Source: Felis catus
Lineage: Eukaryota
Direction: 5' to 3'
DNA length: 64,000 nucleotides
NCBI RefSeq assembly: GCF_018350175.1
Contig: NC_058368.1
Coordinates: 114,082,001-114,146,000, forward strand
The notes beneath the pieces are model-generated. The model was not told the origin of the DNA. It saw nothing but the letters and a program-made list of their open reading frames with translations, and ran no database searches. Shown piece after piece: positions 54,589 through 64,000 of the stretch. Numbering within the stretch: position 1 is the stretch's first letter; every line of letters begins with the position of its first letter. A program made the position numbers and the translations under genes.

Positions 54589-55303
54589 GTAAGCACAATT
54601 TTTCAACATCTTGATAATAAATGATTAAATCAAAATTTCCATTAGAAGACTTTGTCTCCTAGATCAATTTTGCCTACATGAGCAGTTTTGAGGCTACCCT
54701 ATACCACCTTTTGAGTTGACACAACAAAAGCAGCAAGATAACTGGGATTTATCAGTGTATTTATTCATCTATTCATTCACTTAATATAGTTCAGATGATG
54801 GCCAGGTTCCATTCTGGGCACTGAGGAGGTGTCCTGCCATCAAACACCCAAGCTGTTGACTGTCCAAGAAGTAGGGTAGGGCCCATCACACAATAGTCTT
54901 CACTGTACTAACAGTAGGTTGAACAATTCTGGCAATAATTTTTAGGTCAGTTCAGAAAATCTTTCTACAGGACCTTCATGCTAAACACTAAAGCTACAGA
55001 AATCTATAAGTCAGGGAATAAAGTGTGATGCTTGCTTTCAAGGAACTCACAGTATAGTAAAAAGATGTGTCAGAAAGACAGGACAGGTGATGGAGACTGT
55101 GCTGGGATTATTCTAGGTTGTGTTTTTAAGATTTATCATCAGGAGCCCAGTCAAAGACAAAAAGTCTAATCAGATGGATTTTTTAAAAACCCAGGAATAC
55201 TCTATTTATTCCTAATATCTACTCTCCCTGACATCCTCCCTATTTGTTTATTAATTTGGGGTCTCCAAAAACTCTGGTCAAATTGAATCTCTTGCCTTTC
55301 CAG

Positions 55304-55423
55304 AGGAAGTCTGCACCTTGATTATCACAGAAGCATTTCCTGAAGACTCTGGAGAATTCAAGTGCATTGCACAAAATGAGGCTGGGACTGCAGTCTCTAA
55401 AGCAAGACTCTTTGTTTCCCCAG
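55304..55423 (+). CDS. MYOT: Upstream exon F (Ig I-set strands E-G)
   Basis: ctcttgcctttccAG / CAG-GTAATT; phase 1 to 1; EEVCTLIITEAFPEDSGEFKCIAQNEAGTAVSKARLFVSP with DxGxFxC and NxxG motifs; not in the ORF track. Confidence 0.9.
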
Positions 55424-55519
55424 GTAATTGTTCTTCAGGATCGCCCTGCTCCAATTCAGCCATGAGCCAGGACAAAGATTCTGTTTCTATCTGAGTTGGT
55501 GAATAATTATATTTTTCAG

Positions 55520-55754
55520 AAAGAAAAGTGGAGAAACCAGAGAGTTCTCCAAAGTTACCCATGAGGAAACTTTCTTCAGAACTAGCCTCCTTTCCTTGGA
55601 ACAGTGATAGCTACACAAAGGACAAAAATGTAGATGATACCCCAATGAACACTATTTCAACTATTCCTCAACCAGCCAGTCACAATGAACATGAGATCCA
55701 GGTTCCAAAGGAGGATTTCTGCAATGAAAATTCTACTGAGCTACAACCACAATG
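55520..55754 (+). CDS. MYOT: Upstream exon G (post-Ig linker)
   Basis: atatttttcAG / TG-GTAAGG; phase 1 to 2; ERKVEKPESSPKLPMRKLSSELASFPW...STELQPQW, open for 235 nt; phase matches the exon 2 acceptor. Confidence 0.78.
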
Positions 55755-56151
55755 GTAAGGGCAGACAGACCTAACACTCACTCACTCAACAAATGTTCTT
55801 GGTCTTACAGTATAACATTGAACATGGCAAAGTTCCTGCCCTGAGGGAGCGTTCATTTGCAGTGAATCATGTAACTGTCATTTCCTTGCCCTTCATCATA
55901 TACTTCACAAGGGCTGAAACAGCAAATCATGTGCTTAGATCTACATTTAAGGTTTTATTACAGAGACTTCTTTAAAAAAAATAATAATAATGTTGAAATG
56001 CCACAAGAATTTGAAAAAGTACAATCTTTTCTCCAAAAGAATTCAGGGTCCTATCTCAATATAAATACATAAAACACTATGTGATATAAGTTTCTTCCTG
56101 TTGTCTTAGAATACAGACAAAATTGTCCCTGCATTTAAAAGGCAACGGTAA

Positions 56152-56377
56152 GGGGCGCCTGGGTGGCGCAGTCGGTTAAGCGTCCGACTTCAGCCAGGTC
56201 ACGATCTCACGGTCCGTGAGTTCGAGCCCCGCGTCAGGCTCTGGGCTGATGGCTCAGAGCCTGGAGCCTGTTTCCGATTCTGTGTCTCCCTCTCTCTCTG
56301 CCCCTCCCCCGTTCATGCTCTGTCTCTCTCTGTCCCAAAAATAAATAAACATTGAAAAAAAAAATTAAAAAAAAACA
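56152..56377 (+). mobile_element. Young SINEC_Fc (CpG-rich)
   Basis: 15-bp TSD aaaaggcaacggtaa at 56137-56151 and 56378-56392. Confidence 0.96.
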
Positions 56378-56392
56378 AAAAGGCAACGGTAA

Positions 56393-56658
56393 AACCCATG
56401 GGGGAGGGGAAGGAAAAAAAAAAAAAGAGGTTAGAGTGGGAGAGAGCCAAAGCATAAGAGACTCAAAAACTGAGAACAAACTGAGGGTTGATGGGGGGTG
56501 GGAGGGAGGGGAGGGTAGGTGATGGGCATTGAAGAGGGCATCTTTTGGAATGAGCACCTGGTGTTGTATGGAAACCAATTTGACAATAAATTTCATATAT
56601 TAAAAAATAATAATAATAAAAAAACTTAGGACACAATTTCAAAAAATAAATAAACAAT
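56393..56658 (+). mobile_element. Young feline L1 3'UTR stub with composite tail
   Basis: aacccatggggg...gaggttagagtgggagagagccaaagc...aataaatttcatat. Confidence 0.92.
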
Positions 56659-59600
56659 AAATGGCAACTGTATAAATGGGAAGCTAACTCAGTAGGTCAA
56701 TTTGCCAACCAGGCTATGTTTAAAACACAATCCACTACCATCTCCAATACCCAAACACAAACCTCAAACCAAAACAGTGACCAAAAAAAAAAAAAAAAAA
56801 AAAAAAACAAACCTAAAAATTGATACTTAAAAGTCATTTAAAATTTTGTTTTACCAATATCATTTGGTCAATTTTGCTTTACCAACACAGTCCACTAAAT
56901 ATTTTACCAACCTAAAGTTACCTTTAGATTAAATTTAGGCTAAACACCTTAAATAAAACTTAAAAAATGAACACTCTTGACTATTTTCCAGTATAATTAA
57001 ACATAGCATCTATTAATTACAAAATAAAAGATACTGGAATATCTTTTAAGATATTCTTGAGTATTTAAGATATTTCTTGAGTAGTATTTGGGTTTTTAGG
57101 TGGAAAAATTTATCATGTCAGAGATGAAAGGAATCAGAGGTCAAATACATGAAGTACCCCATTCTACAAAGGACTACAATTGTAGATGACTGGCTGATTT
57201 TGCTGAGGGCTGCTTCCTCATGCTTTTATGACCCTGGAATAGGTACTCCCCAAGTAGTTCTTAAAATGAAGCCAGGGAAGGAAAGAATCTGAACTTGGAG
57301 ATTAACAGACCTGCAACAATGTACGTGAGGCACATAGTAGAATTCATTAAATAGTAGCTATTACTTCACTGCATAGTTTTTTTCTTAGGATCAATGTATC
57401 TGCAATAATTGCCTATCACTGTGATTTTTCAGTTGGTCTCCTGGAACCCCTTTAGCTTCTGGAGTTTCTAGTTGCCTGGAGAGTAGCTACCCTTACAAAT
57501 AAAGATTTCTCATGAGGTCAAAGAAGAATGGGTGTGTGGGACTAAACACTGCAATTTATTCAACAAACATTTATTAAGCACATCCTATGTGTTTGTTTCT
57601 ATGTGAGACTTCCCTCAGAAGACAGCCAATACAGCTATCTAAAACTTTTCTCCAGGAGTTCATGTGTTTAGCAGTCTTTTTACGACTTAAAAAGACATTG
57701 AGCTTATAACAAAGTACTTTTCTATTTCCACCTTTTTCATTAATAAAACCATCTGTGGGAAAAATTATTCAACAAAAGTTCCATAAAAGTTAGCAAGTTT
57801 TTACTAAAAGTCAACTATGAGCTACATTGTCCCAGGCAAGATAAAAATGTAATCAACAGTCCCTCCCTCAGTAAACATTTAACTTGGTTGAGGAGATCTA
57901 TTATACCATGTAATAGTCCATTATGATTTCCTGTTTCATCTGAGTCTCTCAGCAACCCTCTGATTAGGTTAGTAAAACAGATACTATCTTGCTTTTCAGT
58001 TAATTATTAAAGCTCAGAGAGTTTAAGCCACTTGTCTAAGGTTACACAGCAAGTATTTGGTAGAGTGGGCACTCACACTCAGTTCTTCAAAATAGATAAT
58101 AAGAAGGTTAATGTGTCTACAAAGTTGTAGAACATTAACCAAATAAATGTCATAATTTTTACTGCTTGACACCAAACCTAGTGGAATGTCTATTATTATT
58201 TCTCACTTGAAAAGAATACAAGACAGAATCAAGTACTCAAAAGGAGAGATTTCAAATTTTAAGTGCTACAGTGGGATGGAGCTTCAGTAATCATAATGAA
58301 CTACACATAACCTGAAAATAAAGGAAGCGTTCTTCACTCTTCAGTCCTTTCATACTCAATGTGGTATTTGCCTTCTTAGTTGATATAGCATAAATTAGCT
58401 TCATCACATACATCTGACCTCTGACTTTAGACAAAGCTCACAGCACCATTGTACAATAGTATATTTTACATTAAAAAAAAAAAAGGGCTGTACACGAAGA
58501 AGGGATGAATGAGTGACAGCTAAACAGCCAAGCCACCCTTCCACTGATGATGGGAAAGAAAGAATTCCCTTAATGGTTCGGTGAGACAGTGGAAAGTTGC
58601 CTACATATTGTGAGGCACTGGAATGATCCACCAAAGTCGTTGCTGATAATTTAGAGAAAGAAATGGAAAAAGTTGTCTTTGGGGACTGGTTGGAATATAG
58701 TTCACGCACCTGACATCTTACTGATTCTTCCAGTTTTAGGACAATTTTTCTCAAATAAGCAACTAAACCATTCAAATAACTTATTTGTGAGGAAAAGTAA
58801 AACACCCTTCCAAAAAAGCAAACCAAACATTAAAAAATAGAAAAACAGATTCTTAACAGATTATTAAATATAGACCTTTAACTTCTATAAATCAGCCTGT
58901 GAGCCCCTGACTGTAGGGAAAAACTTAGCCCAGATATACCATGGTGCTATTACACTATAACGAAATAACATCTTACAAAGGCCTAGGAGGAACAAAAGAG
59001 ATAAAGTTTAAAGGATAAAAAAGCAAATGGGACTAAAATTCTTCCTATTCGATATGGTTCAGAATCTGCCTTAGGCAATATTAGGGACGCTATAGTTTGT
59101 CCTGGGCATGTTACCTACTTGGCTGTTGGATACATCTTAACCTTTTAGGTATTAAGATACCTAATACCTTAAAAAATCTAGCATCTCCTCTCCCTTGCCC
59201 TAATTAAATCCTGTTATCTAGAAAAACCAAGTAACAGTCATATATACTACATTTAAAGTGTTTAGAACAGCACCTACTCATAGTAAATGCCATTACTTGT
59301 TGGTTATTCTTGCTACTTTTATTGTCACTTACATTTACATTTTAATTCTCCCTAATTGGGATTAAAAGGCTTTGTCCCTATTAATGGAATCTGAAATATC
59401 AGTGAGCAGATGTAGAGAAATATTTTGGGAAATTCCTGAAATAAGAGTTGGTAGGCAAACACCTACTCATCCAGTTTAGTATGCCTTTTCCACTATGTAA
59501 TGGCTGTGTGCCCAGGAAGCAATTATCAAACTTTATCTGAACACCAAAGGAAGATACACCTACATGATCAGCTGTGAAGAATTTTACATGGCTCATATGC

Positions 59601-60539
59601 ATTCAAACATCTATTGGTTGGACCTTAATGTACATGGTAATTAAATCAAGATTAGAGGATCCATGAGGGAGGGTAATGAATAGATATACTTTAAGCAATA
59701 GAAACATACCATAATGGAAGCCAACTAAATGGGGATAATTCCACTCAACGGACCTGATCCTCATGTCACCTACTCCTTTTTACCAGTTCTGTTGTTTATT
59801 TGAAGGCTTCTTCCTCTATAATTATTTACTTCCCTGCACAAAAATGGAAACCTAAATACCAACATGGTTTTCTTAGTGAAAAGACAAAGGAAACTGCATA
59901 ACTGTTAGGAGTTAAGGGAGATGAAAAAATGAGAGTTGACGGCATAAAGCCCTAAAAATACAGACTGTTTCTTTGGTAATTTCTTAAGTGTTTCCAACTC
60001 TTTAAGAATAAAAGAACAAAGTCAATGAGGCATATGCCGTACAGAGTCAGAAAACTTGCTAAGAAACCAAATCATCTTTTTCCACCTTCCCACCTTCCCA
60101 GGAACACGTCATCATCACCTGCTCTCTTGCCTTTACCCAGACCACACCCTGTCTCTTGAAACAAACTGCTTGAACTCAGCTCCACCCCTGCTTCTATTTG
60201 GCAAGAGGGGGAAAAAAGGAGGGGGGGGGGAAGCCTTCAGATGAACAACTATCCAATACAAATCAGTTTGGATGCCATCCATCACTAATCTTACTTCTGG
60301 AGAATTTTTACTGGATGGAATGTCAGTCTTAGGATATGGTTTCCCTTTCAGTCCTTCTTTCTCAAACAGGGAACATTCAAAGCCCCCACCACAATAAAGA
60401 AATTGAGTTTGCTTTATACTTTTTTCCATTTCCCAATTCATTGCTCTTCCTCCTGCATGAGCTTGCTAAAGCTCACAGTCAAAATTCACATCTAAAATAA
60501 AGATGCCTCCAAGAGAAGCTCATGTAATCCCACTCCTTA

Positions 60540-60680
60540 AATATCACTAAGACATCTGAGATATTGTTTAGATTGTGGACTCTTACTTTGACATGCCAGC
60601 ATAGGTAGATGGACAGGCAAGCACATCAGATGTCACTGTTTGGCAGCTGATAAAAGTCAGCGGTGCTATAATACTAAGCA
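60540..60680 (+). promoter_or_regulatory. MYOT: Canonical MYOT proximal promoter region
   Basis: Repeat-free region directly 5' of exon 1 with E-boxes CATCTG 60553-58, CAGATG 60627-32, CAGCTG 60644-49, overlapping TGATAA 60648-53, and TATAAT 60667-72. Confidence 0.6.
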
Positions 60681-60773
60681 CAGAGCCACTAGATTAGTCT
60701 GTGAGGGAAGGGGATGCCTCTTCCTTCCCTTCAATAGTGGGTTAAACCCAGCTGGCACCCTCTGGAACGACGG
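60680..60773 (+). other. MYOT: MYOT canonical non-coding exon 1 (5' boundary approximate)
   Basis: gatgcctcttccttcccttcaatagtgggttaaacccagctggcaccctctggaac matches recalled MYOT 5'UTR; consensus donor CGG-GTAAGT at 60774. Confidence 0.82.
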
Positions 60774-61849
60774 GTAAGTCCCACCTTTATTTCTGCTACA
60801 GTTTTGGGTTTTGGTTTTGGTTTTTTGTCCAAATCAGAGGAATGTGTACAAAAATGATCTTCACATAAAAAGTGTGCAAGTAACATTATAATGTTATTAT
60901 ACAAATATTTAATAAGGAAGTAACCTATTCATTCCACTGAAACTGGAAGGTATTATAGAAAGGGTACAAGGCAGGATAGTTGTGTGTTAATATTTTTAGA
61001 TCATCATTTTTCCTTGAAAAGGGATACTTGGCGTGATTATAACTGTGGTGATGTTCTAGAGCTTTAAAATATCCTCAATCAGTTGTTTGTGCAAATCTGT
61101 ACTATATCAGAGAGAGAGAAAAAAAAGTTAGGATTTTTTCAATAGGAGCTGCATAGTATTTTACTTATAAAATCTTTGAAATTTATTTAACACTACTTGG
61201 AATAAAATGATACTGCCAAGTAAGAGAACCTCTTATAAAATTAAACTGTTGAACAGTAACTACAAACATCAAGAAAAACTTTTCAGAGTTATCTATTTGA
61301 ACATCTCTATAAAATTTTGTTGAGACATGAGTAAAATGGAACTTTTGAAAGAATATATTCTTAACTGAGCTTTGAAAAATAACAGTAATTGTTAACTATG
61401 AAGACTGATACCAAAATGTACAAGATTGGTGACATTTTAAAAATATATGTAAGGAAAAACATGGAACTTTCTGGAAAATATCTACCGGCTATTTGTTACA
61501 CAGTTTATCCCTTGCCATTTGAAATGAATCTGAATAATTTGCCTTCCTAAAAAGGAATTTAAGAACTAAATTTGGATTCAATTCTGCAATGGAATGAATA
61601 AGCCCATAACTACAAAATTACTTGCCTTCAAATAGAGTCCTTGAGAAGATCTAATTAAAGCTTTCTTTTAGATGTTTTCCTCCAACAGTGTAAAGGCCTA
61701 ATACAGTTAATTACTAAAATGCACTCTGGTTGAACATGTTTGTGTTCATAAACTTGAAATTAAGGAATATATGGCTTTTTAAGTGTTCTTTCTCAACAGA
61801 ATCGTTCTCTTGGCTGTTGAGTTGCATTTGTTCTTTCCTAAAACTTTTA

Positions 61850-62092
61850 GGTTTGTTTGTTTGTTTGAGGTTTTTTTTTAATTTTTTTACTCTGACATCA
61901 TGCACACACACATGCACGTGCATGCAGACAAGCAGGACAGGGGTAGAGAGGAGAGAGAGAGAATCCCAAGCAGGCAGGCCCCGCACTATGAGTGCAGAGC
62001 CCGAAGTGGGGTTCAAATCCATAAACCATGAGATAATGACCTGACCTGAAATCAAGAGTTGGACACAACCAACTGAGCCACCCAGGCACCCC
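61850..62092 (-). mobile_element. Can-SINE in MYOT intron 1
   Basis: Reverse head gagccacccaggcacccc. Confidence 0.9.
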
Positions 62093-63582
62093 TAAAACTG
62101 CTAGTTTTAATTTAATTCTAAACTATATGTACAGCCTTGGGATGAAGTTATTTGGTCTGAAATTTTTCATTAAAAATGATACATTCTTCAAGCTAGGAAA
62201 TTAAACAATTTTAAAATTTCATTTCAATGATGACAGCTTGGTATCAGTTATAGTTTGATTTATCATTATCTTAGAGTTGCCTTATACTATGTAAAATTAA
62301 ATGTATTTTGAACTAGTCTGTGTGTAATGTCTGTATATAGTTCTGCTTATTAGATTTGCCATACTAATGGAAGAAATCAGAGGCAAATATGACCCTTCAT
62401 GGTTGATTTTAGGGGCAAATGATTCATCTAAGGAAAAATGGGGTCCATTACAGGAAGTTAGAAGAATCAATGCAGAGCTAAGTAAGAGAAACGGCATCCC
62501 TCTTTTTTGATGAGGTATACACTAGTTTCATATTGCCTTACTTCCTTCTGTACATTAGCATCTTCCATTTCAAAAGAAAAAGAGAGAAGCTAAAATAATT
62601 TCAAAATTAGTCTAAAATACATATTAAATAGGTAAAAATAATAAAAAGTAAAAATCTAAATAATTAAGAGTATCAACACTAATAACTAGATTGTATAATC
62701 TAAAAATAATAAAAAAATTTATATATGGCTCTGGAATAGTCAGTAAGATGTATACACACAGAAAGACACACATACTCCTTAATTATCTTCTAGTTTGGTA
62801 CTATGGTCATTTTGGAATCAAAGGGAGAAAAAGAGGCAGCACCCTGAGAGCGAGCCACAAAAAATACACTCAAAGTTGACAATAGTGAATTATACATGTT
62901 CCCTCTACTTTATGAAATTGCCAAAGAGTGAAGGAGTAAATATGGACATTCACTGTTCCTTATAAAAAAAAGCATATTGTTCCCCTTGATCTAATGAGAC
63001 ATCATTCATCACAGATCACCAGGACATTCATTAAGTGGTGTATCAGAAGAGCTGCTCATTGGTTTTCATGAGCAATGGGAAGAATTCAGACTGAAAAGGA
63101 GCAGACAGGTTAGGTATTTAACTGCTAATAATTTAAATAATTAAATTATTATTAATATAATTAATATTATTAATATAATTAATCTCTGTGGTTAATGAAC
63201 TATACCCCCAAGGCAAAGGCTAATCGTAAGGCCATAAAATTATCACATTGAGCAGCATCAGAGAATTTCTTTTCATAGTCACTTGGCAAACTCAAACTTT
63301 GTGTTCCTGTACCTTGAAGCCCCTGGGCATGCTTCAAGAATCACCCAGAGGCAAACCAACATTAATGAATACTTTTTTTGTTGCTGTTGTTCTCAGGAGA
63401 AAAGTCATTTGTACAAAGACAGAGATAAAGAAAAGAAGTCTAGAAGCCAGGAAAGGTCCACCTTGAGGTGACCTTGAAAGCATTTAAGCCTCCCCCCAAA
63501 ACAGCATATATGCTCCTAAAGATGTTAAACAGTACTGTTTTTTAGGCAAATACTTTAATTGAATCATTTTCTCCTTTTGAAG

Positions 63583-63790
63583 GAACAATATTCTTCAAGA
63601 GGCCACTCTATCAAAGACAGGAGCACAGTATTCCCAGGATCACAACAAGGAGGGGCAGACCACGGTTGCTTCAGATTCCTTGAGATCTTCTGTGATTCCA
63701 GGCTTGCCACCCCAAATTCAGGACCCCACCCTTCGAGGAACAAATCATTATAGTAATAAATTGCCTTCATCTTCCATATACCAGCTAAGC
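63583..63790 (+). other. MYOT: MYOT exon 2 5' portion (5'UTR of the canonical isoform; in-frame coding in the predicted long isoform)
   Basis: Acceptor ttttctccttttgaAG at 63581-82; 208 nt = 1 + 69 stop-free codons in frame with ATG 63791. Confidence 0.85.
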
Positions 63791-64000
63791 ATGTTTAACT
63801 ACGAACGTCCAAAACACTTCATTCAAACCCAAAACCCATGTGGCTCCAGACTGCAACCTCCTGGACCGGAAACCTCCAGCTACTCTAGTCAGACCAAACA
63901 GTCTTCCATTATCATCCAGCCCCGCCAATGCACAGAGCAAAGATTTTCTGCCTCCTCAACAGTGAGCTCTCACATCACCATGTCTTCCTCTGCTTTCCCT
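63791..64000 (+). CDS. MYOT: Myotilin N-terminus (first 70 codons; runs off the window)
   Basis: MFNYERPKHFIQTQNPCGSRLQPPGPETSSYSSQTKQSSIIIQPRQCTEQRFSASSTVSSHITMSSSAFP, the Ser-rich myotilin N-terminus. Confidence 0.97.
   Translation, partial: MFNYERPKHFIQTQNPCGSRLQPPGPETSSYSSQTKQSSIIIQPRQCTEQRFSASSTVSSHITMSSSAFP

Noticed and set aside
55278..55562. 94-aa minus-strand ORF
   Set aside because: Antisense shadow of exons F/G; the + strand carries the Ig motifs and splice sites
58864..58873. MEF2-like site TTAAATATAG
   Set aside because: Expected by chance in AT-rich DNA; no conservation evidence available
63559..63770. ORFs 63559-63753 (+) and 63564-63770 (-)
   Set aside because: Alternative frames over MYOT exon 2; only the frame continuous with ATG 63791 is supported

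Overview
Mammalian, felid-type genomic DNA: Can-SINEs of the feline SINEC_Fc type, young feline L1 3' ends, and old L1/MIR/MaLR/MER5A relics. About the first 48 kb is repeat-rich intergenic sequence. It holds a decayed near-full-length L1 (~690-9216) with nested insertions and a GAPDH processed pseudogene (~16057-19317) split by a young 2-kb L1. The right end is the 5' part of myotilin (MYOT): canonical non-coding exon 1 (ends 60773) and exon 2 (starts 63583, ATG 63791, MFNYERPKHFIQ...). The main result is a chain of 6-7 further exons 5-11 kb upstream of the canonical promoter (49406-55754). They have GT-AG boundaries and compatible phases, and from 50119 onward contain no stop codons. They encode a palladin/myopalladin-like linker plus a complete extra I-set Ig domain and splice in frame through the whole MYOT exon-2 '5'UTR' into the known ATG. 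This predicts a long MYOT isoform with an N-terminal extension of about 300 aa, whose exact 5' end I cannot resolve. Comparisons to human MYOT/PALLD/MYPN sequences are from memory, not from a search. Repeat boundaries are approximate unless target-site duplications (TSDs) are given.
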